Part shown: piece after piece, positions 32,585 through 43,445 of the stretch
Position numbering within the stretch: position 1 is the stretch's first letter
How the letters are laid out: the number at the start of each line of letters is the position of its first letter
Source: Naegleria gruberi
Lineage: Eukaryota
Assembly: GCA_000004985.1 (NCBI GenBank)
Contig: GG738848.1
Direction: 5' to 3' (one strand)
Length of the DNA: 64,000 nucleotides
Program-made: the position numbers and the translations under genes
The notes under the pieces: generated by a model
What the model was told of the DNA's origin: nothing
Seen by the model: the letters and a program-made list of their open reading frames with translations, nothing else
Databases searched by the model: none

Positions 32585-34603
32585 ATGATAGCAAACAAGT
32601 ACTATTCTCTTATTCATCATGGGCTATTCCTCTTGTTTACATTATTATTGTTGCGTTTCAATATAAATCAAGTCGACTGCCAAACATCAAATAATTATTT
32701 AATGACATTACCGATACATGCAAACGAACCACAATGTTTAATTAAACCAGATGGTGATCCGGTTTTATTTGAATGGAATTTAAATTGTTCAAATGTCACT
32801 TGTAATAATTTATCTATACATTTATCGAAAATGACAGCTACCTATTGTTTGGTGATTCAATTATTTTCAGATGAGGATTGGATGTTTGTAAATGTCAGCC
32901 AAACTGAGAATTTCAAAATATTTACCAATCATCGACTGCCTGACAATGTCAGATTTCGACTTTTTTGTTATTTTCAAGATATGGGAGAGTTGGATTTTGA
33001 CATTGAGCCGACAAGGATCTTCTTGACCAGAAATGGATCTGAAGTGATGAAGAATTGCTCAGATGGTCAAGTAAATGAAAAATTGGATGAAATGATTAGT
33101 GACAGTTATTGGAATTTCACACGACGAAAACAATTTCAACAATATTTCATGAAAATTACTGAACTGAATGTGGAGATACCTCTAAGAATTGATAATTTGA
33201 CGAATTTACAAATGCATGTCATGCCTATTGACATTTATGGTTATCCTGAAAATGTTGGAATGATTTTCACAGGATCCTATTATGTTATTCCACTTTTTAC
33301 AAATTATTCAACGCAGACATCACCCTACTGGGAATCTCAATGCAATGATTTAACTTACAATACTCGATCTCAATACTATATATGGAAATTAATTGCCATT
33401 TCAATAGGTGCTTTGGAATTTTCAATTATTCTCATTCTACTCTTCTATAGAAGGAAGCACATTATTCTAGAGAGTCGATTTATCATTCCACACTTCTCCA
33501 CCTGCATGTATATCTTGCAGTGTGTTGTAAATATCATATTGAATGTAATTTATTATGATCCTAAATGGGATACCATGATTGAAGAGCTAGTTCTCATCAT
33601 TGTCATGTCATTGCATCTGTTACAGGGGTGTAGATACTATGCTTCTCGATTATTCTATTCGAGATTCTATTCGAAAAGAGATGGCTTAATGATGAAGATT
33701 CTCCTTTCGAAAATTCCATTTCTAATAGCCATTGTAACAGTTGTCTTGTTGGAGGGAGGAATTGTGACAGCTCTCATTATTAAGGTACCCATTACTGAGA
33801 TTTCAACATTCTACGATAGTATTTCCATTGTTTGTGGAGTGAGTTATATGATTCTACTTGGAATTGGTTTACTAGCTCACTTTATTTCACATTTCAAATT
33901 TGTTAGAAAGTTGAGGAAACCGAAACAAATTATGAAATGGTTCTTTTTATATGATGATGCATTTGGATATAATGGGGAGTTTTTAGTGTTTGTGATTATT
34001 TGGATTTTAGCGGGAATTCATTTTGTAATTTCTGAAATTTGTGGAGATTATTTGACAATTTCCTTATATGACGAAACTAGACCTTTATCTAAAAAGTATT
34101 TGAATAATGGATTTGGATATGCACTGTATGGGATTACTAAAATAATGTCGACAATGGGATTTGGATTGCAATATTTATTTTTAATTACAATGACATTTGT
34201 CAAGAAACGAAAGTTTGATAAATCTGACTTTCGACACCAAAAGGATGAGATGGACATGTTCATTTCCAAGATATTTAACGATGGAAGTATTTGTGTTGAA
34301 ATTCTGAAACGATTTCTCATGGCAGAATTCAAATTAGAATTATTAGAAATCTACCTATTCCTCACAGAGAATCCAAAATCAACACTGATGAATCTCGTTA
34401 AACAACATCCTCAGAATTACTTTGCCATTATTCGATACTTTAAGAAATCCAATCTGGAGAGTGAGTATCAAATCTGCTATCGAGAATCTACCGAATTATT
34501 ACTAGAAGTTTTTACCAGATTGAAACAGACAGTTGTCTATGAAGAGGAATATGTGAAAAAGATGGCAGAAGAAATGCAATTCGTATTGGATACCATTAAA
34601 TAA
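32585..34603 (+). CDS. Seven-transmembrane receptor-like protein (672 aa) with a signal peptide, a Cys/N-glycosylation-rich ectodomain of about 250 aa, 7 predicted TM helices, and a cytoplasmic tail of about 130 aa.
   Basis: Hydrophobic segments LIAISIGALEFSIILILLFY, FSTCMYILQCVVNIILNVIYY, LVLIIVMSLHLLQGCRYY, IPFLIAIVTVVLLEGGIVTALII, ISIVCGVSYMILLGIGLLAHFISHF, FLVFVIIWILAGIHFVISEICG, and LYGITKIMSTMGFGLQYLFLITMTFV. Confidence 0.55.
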   Translation: MIANKYYSLIHHGLFLLFTLLLLRFNINQVDCQTSNNYLMTLPIHANEPQCLIKPDGDPVLFEWNLNCSNVTCNNLSIHLSKMTATYCLVIQLFSDEDWMFVNVSQTENFKIFTNHRLPDNVRFRLFCYFQDMGELDFDIEPTRIFLTRNGSEVMKNCSDGQVNEKLDEMISDSYWNFTRRKQFQQYFMKITELNVEIPLRIDNLTNLQMHVMPIDIYGYPENVGMIFTGSYYVIPLFTNYSTQTSPYWESQCNDLTYNTRSQYYIWKLIAISIGALEFSIILILLFYRRKHIILESRFIIPHFSTCMYILQCVVNIILNVIYYDPKWDTMIEELVLIIVMSLHLLQGCRYYASRLFYSRFYSKRDGLMMKILLSKIPFLIAIVTVVLLEGGIVTALIIKVPITEISTFYDSISIVCGVSYMILLGIGLLAHFISHFKFVRKLRKPKQIMKWFFLYDDAFGYNGEFLVFVIIWILAGIHFVISEICGDYLTISLYDETRPLSKKYLNNGFGYALYGITKIMSTMGFGLQYLFLITMTFVKKRKFDKSDFRHQKDEMDMFISKIFNDGSICVEILKRFLMAEFKLELLEIYLFLTENPKSTLMNLVKQHPQNYFAIIRYFKKSNLESEYQICYRESTELLLEVFTRLKQTVVYEEEYVKKMAEEMQFVLDTIK

Positions 34604-34998
34604 TAACTTGTTCCATTATATTTCAATTAAGCTTTTGTTGAATTCAATCACTAATCCTGAGATTCGCCAATGGTGCTTTGATTGAGTTTAGTTTAAAATG
34701 GTTAAAAAAAGACTACAGCACCACAGGTTCCCAAGTTGTCTCCAACCTCAGTACTGATGTGGCTCGACGATACTTAACTTCTCAAATCGGACGGGATGAG
34801 GTGCATTCATCGTTAATTATTTCAATGTAGTTCGAGCCATTTCCTATCTATAAATCTTAATCTTGAATAAGAAAATGATCTGGACTTACAACAGCTCAAC
34901 ACTGGTTTTTGGCTCATTGCTATAAAACGTACTTAAATATAGTTTAATAATTTTTATGAAGAATGCGTTGTTACAATTTTTATGATATTTAAAAAAAA

Positions 34999-36240
34999 AT
35001 GAGCAAACGAAAAAGACAAGATTTTGAAAATCATCATCGCTTAATTAATTCGGAGGAAATATTCACTAACAATTTTAATAATAATATGGAAGAGAAAGCA
35101 AAAAAGAGTGTGAAATTCCAACAAGAAGAAATATTTTCAGATGATGTTTGTTTTGAAATAATCTCCATGATTGATGATTCATGGTTTATTTTAAATAATT
35201 GTTGTTTAATTTCAAAACAATTCTTTAATGTGATCAAGGAACGTTCAAAACTTGTTATTCAATTTAACAAAAAATTTACAGAGAAACGAGTTGAATTATG
35301 CATGAAAAGTCAATTCATGAATAGTATTGTTAATCTTAAAGTTTCTCGTTGGTTGCTTGACTCTGTAGACCAACTCAAATTCATAAGTGAAATGAAACAA
35401 TTAACATCACTCGATATATATAGCAATCGAATTGGTGTAGAAGGAGTTAAATATATAAGTGAAATGAAACAATTAACATCACTTAATATTTCTGAAATTG
35501 AAATTAGTGATGAAGGAGCCAAATATATAAGTGAAATGAAACAATTAACATCACTTTATATACATAATAACGAAATTGGTGATGAAGGATCCAAACACAT
35601 AAGTGAAATGAAACAATTAACATCACTTAATATTGGTTGTAATGAAATTAGTGATGAAGGAGCTAAACATATAAGTGAAATGAACCAATTGATATCGCTT
35701 AGTATTGGTTACAATCGAATTGGTGATGAAGGATTCAAATATATAAGTGAAATGAAACAATTAACATCACTCGATATTACTGACGATGAAATTGGTGATG
35801 AAGGAGCTAAATATATCAGTGAAATGAAACAATTAACATCACTAAATATTGGTTTTAATGAAATTGGTGATGAAGGAGCCAAATACATCAGCGAATTGAA
35901 ACAATTAACATCACTTGATATTTCTGAAACTGAAATTAGTGATGAAGGAGCCAAATATATAAGTGAAATGAAACAATTGATATGGCTTACTATTGGTTAT
36001 AATGAAATTAGTGACAAAGGAGCTAAATACATCAGCGAACTGAAACAATTAACATCACTCGATATTACTGACAATAAAATTGGTAATGAAGGAGCCAAAT
36101 ATATAAGTGAAATGAACCAATTGATATCGCTTAATATTGGTTACAATCGAATTGGTGATGAAGGAGCCAAATATATAAGTGAAATGAAACAATTGACATC
36201 ACTAAGACAAATCAGTTTAGGATTTTACTGTAATAATTGA
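34999..36240 (+). CDS. F-box-like plus RNI-type leucine-rich-repeat protein (413 aa) with about 12 tandem 24-aa LRRs (xISEMKQLTSLDISxNxIGDEGAKY).
   Basis: The N-terminus FSDDVCFEIISMIDDSWFILNNCCLISKQFFNV is F-box-like. It is followed by near-identical 72-bp repeat units. A paralog of 43446 and of the 14295 fragment. Confidence 0.75.
   Translation: MSKRKRQDFENHHRLINSEEIFTNNFNNNMEEKAKKSVKFQQEEIFSDDVCFEIISMIDDSWFILNNCCLISKQFFNVIKERSKLVIQFNKKFTEKRVELCMKSQFMNSIVNLKVSRWLLDSVDQLKFISEMKQLTSLDIYSNRIGVEGVKYISEMKQLTSLNISEIEISDEGAKYISEMKQLTSLYIHNNEIGDEGSKHISEMKQLTSLNIGCNEISDEGAKHISEMNQLISLSIGYNRIGDEGFKYISEMKQLTSLDITDDEIGDEGAKYISEMKQLTSLNIGFNEIGDEGAKYISELKQLTSLDISETEISDEGAKYISEMKQLIWLTIGYNEISDKGAKYISELKQLTSLDITDNKIGNEGAKYISEMNQLISLNIGYNRIGDEGAKYISEMKQLTSLRQISLGFYCNN
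35335..36220. repeat. Tandem 72-bp coding repeat array (LRR units) inside the 34999 gene.
   Basis: Repeated gaaatgaaacaattaacatcact...ggtgatgaaggagccaaatatataagt units. They generate spurious antisense ORFs (35310..35522, 35709..35954). Confidence 0.75.
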
Positions 36241-36378
36241 TAACCCAAATGTTAAAAGTTTGCATATGGTTGGGTGGGCTTAATAACAAGAAATAGTATT
36301 GGCTTAATGGAATGAGGTGCATTCATCATGATAAAGCCGTAGCCATTTCATACCTTAAAATAATAATCAGTAATTAAA

Positions 36379-38280
36379 TTAAACTTTATAGAGAACTTCC
36401 TTAATGTCAACATGTTGATGTTGTTTACAATTATCGTATAGTGTTTTGAAAATCTTGTGTTTCTCAATTGCAATATCGAAATTCTTCTTTTGAGCTCGAC
36501 TGATTGCTTCCTTCAGTCCAGTATCAATCATGGTTGCAAATTTCTTCCTGGCCATATCCCATCCAATACTTGTGGCCATAATTCCACTCAGATTAATCAT
36601 TCTAAAATCAATATATCTCGTACTATTATTATCAATCTTTTGTAATAACCTAGCTCCAATCATTGGCAATCTTGTTCTAGAATCTCCACTATCGTATGAT
36701 TTCATCAATAGGAGACATTCTGTTATTTCACCACCAACGAATGATGCCTGACTTGAGAGTACCATGTCGAGGGCTCGTTTAGGGAATAAAGAAATCTCAA
36801 AATCTGATGAAAGAGTGGCAATTGAATATTTCTGTTGTGAGCTAGTCATGTTAATGGGCTCACTCTGGTTGAAGGTCACATTCTTCAACACTGACGATAA
36901 GTGATCATCAGTGTGTAGTGCCTTGACACATTCCTCCAGAGAATTCTCCAATTTACCAACCATTTTAAAAGTCTTTGATTCCAAATGTCCAACTGTATAA
37001 TCTGCCTTTGTGGACCATTGCATTAATTTTCCTCGATTCTTAATAGTTGGATACCAATCTGGAGAAAATTCCTTAGTGAGATAATTAATGGCCTTCCAAT
37101 CTGAATCAATTACAAATTTTACACTCAAATCCTCGGCTGAGAATCGATGGTCCTTCTCTGCATGCTTGAATAAATCTCTCTTCTTTAACAGAATGTGAAG
37201 GGCAGAGGAGGGCAATTTCTTTGGTTCCAGATTCGTCTTGATCCACTTGTTAATGAATTTTTCTTCATCCACCTGGAAAATATTAAACCAATCCTCCAAA
37301 TCATGCAAAAACATTTGAATAATGATTTGAATCTCATCCAACATTCCAATACCAATCAATTTATCATTTGGATCAGTATGGAGTGGAATTTCAATGTTTT
37401 TCGAATAGCATTCGTGTTGTTTCTTTAAAAAACTTTCCAATCTTTCATGTGAAAACAATTTTGCAGTTCTATTCTTTAAATGCATGATTAAACTTGTCAG
37501 GAAATGGAAAGGATTGCCTTCTCCTCCAGTATTTATACTAATTTCTATATTACTTGTAGGAATTTCCAATTCTAACAATAAATCTCTGCAAAATTCATCA
37601 ATCATTTCCATTACCACTTGTCGTGATGTGACAGTTGACTTGATTTTCAATGAACTTGCATCCATAAACTTGATAAGAAACAACACCTTAGCTCTAGCTT
37701 CTAGTTCATACTCAAAACTTTGCAAATATTTGAAAAATTGTTCTCGCATTTCTTCTAACGGAGGTAAATGTTTGAATTCTCCATAAGATTTTGAAGATTT
37801 TGAAGATTTTGTTGATTTTGTTGATTTTGCTGTGGAACTTCCATGGGAATGTGCTGAATTAGTTGATAAATTATCATCGGGAAGGTATTGGTCGTGATGG
37901 TTGTGATGGTGTCCATCAGAAAGTGCACTGGTTGACAATGGACTCGAGCTGATGGGATGATGGTTGGCAGTTCTGTCAAAATCATCGACTCCTTCAATAT
38001 TTATCTTGATTTGCTCTTCACTACTAGTAGAAAATGTAAAATCTGCATGTAAACTATAGGATTTAAAGTGTGAGCCTTGTCCATTCGAATAGGAGCCATC
38101 AAATAAACTAGACGAAACAGGAGAAGTTGACAAGAATGAAGTAGACGAAACCGGAGAACTTCCACCTGCAAAATGTGATGGAGAAAGACCCCTCGGTGAA
38201 TGTTGTGAACCATTCAAAGATGACAATCCTTTGTGTGAATCCACAACCGCTAGAAAATTGACAGGTAATTGTACTGACAT
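36379..38280 (-). CDS. Hypothetical protein (633 aa) with a Ser-rich N-terminal region and a C-terminal START-like lipid-binding domain (tentative).
   Basis: The C-terminal 200 aa (SDWKAINYLTKEFSPDW...FPKRALDMVLSSQASFVGGEI...RLPMIGARLLQKIDNNSTRYIDFRMINLSGIM) follow the START-domain pattern (..RDFV..R......G........R.....S....G). His-rich tract HHHNHHDQ. Confidence 0.4.
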   Translation of the reverse strand: MSVQLPVNFLAVVDSHKGLSSLNGSQHSPRGLSPSHFAGGSSPVSSTSFLSTSPVSSSLFDGSYSNGQGSHFKSYSLHADFTFSTSSEEQIKINIEGVDDFDRTANHHPISSSPLSTSALSDGHHHNHHDQYLPDDNLSTNSAHSHGSSTAKSTKSTKSSKSSKSYGEFKHLPPLEEMREQFFKYLQSFEYELEARAKVLFLIKFMDASSLKIKSTVTSRQVVMEMIDEFCRDLLLELEIPTSNIEISINTGGEGNPFHFLTSLIMHLKNRTAKLFSHERLESFLKKQHECYSKNIEIPLHTDPNDKLIGIGMLDEIQIIIQMFLHDLEDWFNIFQVDEEKFINKWIKTNLEPKKLPSSALHILLKKRDLFKHAEKDHRFSAEDLSVKFVIDSDWKAINYLTKEFSPDWYPTIKNRGKLMQWSTKADYTVGHLESKTFKMVGKLENSLEECVKALHTDDHLSSVLKNVTFNQSEPINMTSSQQKYSIATLSSDFEISLFPKRALDMVLSSQASFVGGEITECLLLMKSYDSGDSRTRLPMIGARLLQKIDNNSTRYIDFRMINLSGIMATSIGWDMARKKFATMIDTGLKEAISRAQKKNFDIAIEKHKIFKTLYDNCKQHQHVDIKEVLYKV

Positions 38281-38803
38281 TTTTTTTTGAATAATTACTG
38301 ACAGTTATTCAACGGAAACAACCCAAAATGCAAGTAAATAACAAGGGCAATCCTTCAGTTTTGTAATTTCTTCAAATTTCGTTTTCAAACTAGGAAGAAT
38401 TGGTTTCCAAAATGTTTACAAATTTTTTGAGAATCGTTGCCATAAAAAATTTTAACAAAAATCTGAAAAATTTTGTTGTTTATCAATTAATTTTAGTATT
38501 AATTGCACTCGCGTGAGAAGATGATTCACTCAATCGATATTATTATTAAGGTGCAATTCTTACAGAGATCTTTAGTTTGTTTTTATGTTTATGTTTCGTT
38601 TCAATGAAGATGGAATGACTGGAACAATCTTTGAATTGTGGAACAAGTTACTTTGATTTCGAATATTAGACAGTTCAGTAAGTGGTGTGCCTTAGATTTT
38701 TGTCTGTGATTCATGAACTTGGTTTCAAAGTTATGTCAACGTCAAGTGTCTAATCAAAAAAAATACTTCAGTTGCTCCTTCATAATATTCATAATAAAAA
38801 AAC

Positions 38804-39158
38804 ATGGGCAATAAACTCATCATATCCCAGTCGGGTTCGTTCTCTCTGGATTCATCTACTTCATCTCTGCAAGCTTTCTATCAACAACCACTTGGCCGAA
38901 ACTTGAGACGAAACTCGACCGAAATACAAGCATCTCCTTCATCTCCAACAAAAAGAACGTCATCAAAGGGACCACTCAGTGCTGGATCAACATCCCTGAA
39001 TGATGTAGTATTCGAAAGATCTTCCTCACCAACTACAAACCCTCAGGATTATAACATTTTATTAGACGAAAGTTCAGAACCTGTAAAGAAGAGAATGAAC
39101 GTCATCATGTTAGGAACAGGAGGAAGTGCCAAAACCACAGTTTTAAAACAATTCAAAT
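38804..39158 (+). CDS. Heterotrimeric G-protein alpha subunit (divergent), exon 1, with an N-terminal MGxxxS myristoylation-type start and a Ser-rich extension of about 95 aa.
   Basis: MGNKLIISQ...KRMNVIMLGTGGSAKTTVLKQFK contains the G1 / P-loop box (GAGESGKST-like). Donor T|GTAAGT. Confidence 0.7.
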
Positions 39159-39288
39159 GTAAGTATTATTCCTTTTCTTTACAAGGTAATAATTTAAATT
39201 ATTTTACAAAATATTTAACATGTTTAATATAATTATAATATATTTAAAAAAATATTTACAAACAAAAAATCAATATCATTGAAAATAG

Positions 39289-39765
39289 TATTGGGAGGTA
39301 AAAGAGAAGATCTTACACAATCACTCTGGCAAGAAGGAATTGTCGTTCCATGTTTCGATTTGTTGATTGCCATTTTCAATCGAAAGAATTTCTATTATCC
39401 AAATGCAGAATATCATCACGAAGAATCTGATGAAGTTGAACAGCAAGTATTCGATCTGTTCGATCAAAAGAAGATTCTCAACATTATTCATCCGAATAAT
39501 CAGAAATTGATTGAGGAAATTGCTGAAATGTGGAACAATGAACCAATTTTGAGAAAGGTCTGTACGGAAATGCTTTTGGAAAATCAAGTGGAATCGGTTC
39601 CGGTTGAGGATGTGAATTATTATTTTTCCAGAGCTGTTGCAGTTCATCGGGGAGATAAACCATCGGATAAGGATTTGTTAATTTCACAAAGAAAGACAAC
39701 TGGTGTTACACATGTTGAATTTGCATTTAATAATGGTTCTACTTTGGTTAATATTTGGGATTGTG
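39289..39765 (+). CDS. G-protein alpha subunit, exon 2 (helical-domain region and switch I), after a 130-nt intron (39159..39288).
   Basis: Contains RKTTGVTHVEF (switch I, RxxTxGI-like) and ends WDCG|GTAAGT. Confidence 0.65.
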
Positions 39766-39832
39766 GTAAGTGAAATCATATTTTTGATTGTAAAATGTGA
39801 AATTTTGTGTAAATTTATGAATAATAATATAG

Positions 39833-40422
39833 GTGGTCAGAAAAATGAAAGAAAGAAGTGGAAATACATGTTTACCGAATCTCAAAAGTTAACAGGAAAG
39901 ATCTTTGTCATTTATTTCGTAGCTCTTTCAGAATATAATCAATTGTGCTACGAAGACGAAACCACCAACCGAACTCACGAATCTTTGAAAATTTTCGAGA
40001 GTGTTGCCAATAATCCAGAGTATGAGAATTATCCTCTCTTCCTCATCTTTACAAAGAAGGACATTTTCAAACAAAAATTGAGATATACCAGTTTATCTGT
40101 CTGTTTTGAAGATTGTCCAGAAGATTTGAAAGCTAACGAAGACACTACCAAGATAAAGAGAGATATCATTAACAATTGGACTGGATTTTTAGAGGATAGA
40201 CAATGTGTCTCTGATGAAATTTATGAAAAATCATTTGATTTTGTCAAGAGAAAATTTATGGAGCGAATTTCCAATGCCGATCGCAGAAAACAAACTGAAA
40301 AGAATATCAAGGTTGTGAATGCAATGGATGCTGATGATGTGAGAAGTAATCTTGTTGAAGAATTATTGGAACAAACAATGGTGGAAGAAATATATAAGGA
40401 TGATTTGGTTCATTATCTTTAA
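39833..40422 (+). CDS. G-protein alpha subunit, exon 3 (switch II to C-terminus), after a 67-nt intron (39766..39832).
   Basis: The splice restores the G3 box DCGGQKNERKKWKYMF (DVGGQRSERKKWIHCF consensus). Then FLIFTKKDIF (NKxD-like FLNKKD) and NAMDAD (TCATDT position). Stop TAA at 40420-40422. Confidence 0.75.
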
Positions 40423-40426
40423 AATT

Positions 40427-40448
40427 CTCGTCATTCAATAAAAGTTAA
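40427..40448. repeat. Target-site duplication, copy 1 (ctcgtcattcaataaaagttaa).
   Basis: An identical 22-mer sits at 41620..41641. The sequences diverge immediately outside both copies. Confidence 0.75.
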
Positions 40449-41619
40449 ATTGTAATATTTATTAACGTCTCTTGTATCGTAAAGACCTGAGAGACGAGGT
40501 CTACAACCAGTAAGTTTCGGTTCAGCGTTTAAGTGTTATGGGTTGACGCTAAGTGGTTGGTTAGACTGAGCCTGCCTGTGGTAGGCAGAGAGGTATTTCC
40601 TGTTAATAGTGAAGCTTGCATTGGGACGGTTGTACCACACTGAGTTCTTGTAGCAATTTTCCAAATAAATAGCTAGTGCTTTGTAGACTTCTAGGGCCAC
40701 ATTCTTAGGTATTCTTTTGCGCTTAGACCAGTTAAGCCAGTCATTACGGGAGCAACGACCATCAAATTCTATCCTAAGTTGAGAGGATTCTGAGATATCA
40801 GGAGGGAAACGAATCTTGTTAAGGCTAAATTTCTGGGAGATAGCGTCCCATGTGGCATACAGTTCATCCTTTTCAGGATTGCATTTGGGACAAGTTTGGA
40901 ATACGTGGGTCCAATCTTCCTTGACATTACATTTGTCACAAATACTGTCGTTACCTAGTAAAATTGAGTGGTGGAGATTAAAGTAGAGGAGTCTTTGCTG
41001 ATAATAAGACAAGAGAGAGTTTCTCCAGAAGGAGAGAGTGCTATTATGCCAATTATAGTCATTGTCTAATTGGCCCAACTTATTAATAATTTTCTTGGAT
41101 CGCTGAGTTTCAATGATAGCATTTCTAAGGTTGGAGACAGGCTTGTGATTGGTACGGTTACACAAGACCCATCCATTATCTGTGGATTTGAAGTAATATT
41201 TCAGATCTTTCATTGTAGCGGCAGCATTTTTCCACAGTGAATCTGTAGTTTCACCCTTGAGCGCCTTATTTATCATGGCTCTTGCGATTTTGGGTGATAG
41301 GAGAGGTAGAATTGACAAACCTACAGACAGATGCCATCCTTTCCACGTGACTTATATCAACTGGAGATGAAAGTCCAAGTCCACCCTGGGATTTATCACC
41401 ATATATAACGGCTTTAGAGAGCCTGTTGTCACATCCAATTCTTTTCTTAATAATTCCACTAATTTTGACTTCCAATTTTTCCAATAGTGAAAGTGGAATA
41501 GCATCTACGCTTGAGAGGTATCTAGGTACAGAAAGCACCTTAGATAATATTACGTTCCTCATTGGACCGAAACAACTTTTAAGAGAACCTTATCATCGGA
41601 GGGAGACCAAGACATGTTA
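40449..41619 (-). mobile_element. 5'-truncated non-LTR (LINE) retrotransposon fragment (1171 bp) on the minus strand, holding the C-terminal part of ORF2 (RT thumb / zf-RVT region) in two frames. It is GC-richer than the flanks and has no poly(A) tail.
   Basis: ORF 41266..41562 (...AVIYGDKSQGGLGLSSPVDISHVERMASV...) and ORF 40536..41318 (...CDKCNVKEDWTHVFQTCPKC...) match the conserved ...GGLG... and CxxC..E.W.H.F..C zinc-binding motifs downstream of LINE RT domains. The fragment is flanked by a perfect 22-bp direct duplication. Confidence 0.75.
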
Positions 41620-41641
41620 CTCGTCATTCAATAAAAGTTAA
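41620..41641. repeat. Target-site duplication, copy 2 (ctcgtcattcaataaaagttaa).
   Basis: Identical to 40427..40448. It brackets the 1171-bp LINE fragment. Confidence 0.75.
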
Positions 41642-42051
41642 TATTTCTCAGAGCTGCAAGACTTGTTGTGCTGTTTATTTAAAAATCTCAATTTTTCCCT
41701 AATGACGGCATTTACCCCTGAACGGCAAAAAACAACCAACCTGAGCAAAAAAAAAATGAATTTAGGTCCTACTTTGACACAAATCATCTACCACATTTCA
41801 TCAGAATCACACAGCTAAACAACAGGGTTGGTGTTTTTCATAAATTGTACCCTGTATTTAACTATTAAGTTTTATTAAATTCGGGAGTTGATTTTTCGAA
41901 AAAAGAATAGAGGGCGGCTACTTTTGAAAAACAACTACCTCATTCCGAAAAACAACAGACCACCAAAATTCAATTCCTAAATGGCTAACACACCATAGCA
42001 CACAAATTTGGTTTATTCAATTTTTAGAATTGTCACACTCATCACACCAAT

Positions 42052-42282
42052 TTACAAGTCACAAACACTATTCAACTTCAATTCGACTCTTCTCTTTTTC
42101 CAAGCTGAACTCAAATAGTCTTTGATCTTGTCCTTGATTTCACTGAAGAGACACCCATTTTGAAAAGTCAAGCAAATATCCTCTACCAACTGAATGTCAA
42201 GGTGTTCTCCTTCATTGATTTTATCTGAAATAACAACCTCTTCAAATCTAATCTTGGCTCCAACACCATCTACAGAAAGCAC
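42052..42282 (-). CDS. Small ORF (76 aa) of unknown function, possibly the last exon of an unresolved gene.
   Basis: Protein-like, non-repetitive translation (...EDICLTFQNGCLFSEIKDKIKDYLSSAW...). No canonical ATG; the track start is a non-ATG codon. Confidence 0.2.
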   Translation of the reverse strand: MLSVDGVGAKIRFEEVVISDKINEGEHLDIQLVEDICLTFQNGCLFSEIKDKIKDYLSSAWKKRRVELKLNSVCDL

Positions 42283-43445
42283 TTTTATTGGGAAAGAAGA
42301 ATTTCTAAATTAAGAAGTCTATCATTTATGAAACATTAAAAATGAATCAACAAGACGTTAAGAAGAAAAACATTCAATACACAAAAACATACAGAGAACG
42401 AAAACGTATCAAGAAGGTTGTAAAAGAGACTATGAAGATATTAGCAAAAATGTAACAAAGGAACAATTATTAACTGGAAATTTGAAATTGGAAATAGATG
42501 AATCAAATTTGAAATCTGGACAACAAGAAGTAATTTTTCATGAGCAAGTGAGTTTCAGTTTTGGAGAATTGGGAGGATTTGATTTAAATGACAATAGTAG
42601 TAGTATTGTTGACGAATCAACAATGTATAAGGGGTAGGCGGTGAATGTTGTTACAGCAATAACAATTATTCTCTTTATTATTGTATTTTGCGAGATTGCA
42701 ACATCAAAGATTGGATTGTTATTGAAATTATTAGGAGAATTGCTTTCCAAAGATCATTTATTATGTAAAACTAAAGATGCTCTGTTGAAATATGTGCTCA
42801 ACTTTGGCAAAATGGCAAAGGTATTTAATTCTACGACTAATCGATAAGAATCATGTAAGTATTTAAATTAATTAATTTATTGATATCTTTAGGATTTCCG
42901 TATTAATACATCCCTTTCAGATTTGGTGGTCAAGACTGTTTCAGGGAACATTGCTAGTGTCAAATCAATGGATTTTTCACTTAAATCAATCTCAATATGC
43001 TTTTACTAGCAGTGGAAAGTAAGTGGTTTCATGGCTAAATTGCAACTAATATTTTAGAAGTGTAATAATCACAAGTTTTATTGAGAAGAACAATACTGTA
43101 TTTGCTATTTTGGATAATTATGTGGATGGGAAATTTACTCACACTTTCACGGAGCCAATTACTAACCTCAAAGACCTCACATTTTCATTTGTTGATTCAT
43201 TTGGTCTTGGTCATTTTTCCAACCATTCCATTCTGCTAAGTTGACTCTTAATAAAAGTTTAGGTTATGATTGTAAAAAATTCAAGTCCTCAATTTATTGC
43301 AAATCAACCCCTCACTTTTTCAAAAAGCCAGGTCTGGATTTGATAAAAACCACTGTTCAGATAGTGGTACCTGATTTTACCCCTCGATTTTTTGCAAACT
43401 ACCACTTATTTCCGTCATTAGGGAATTTTGATATTTTAGAAAAAA

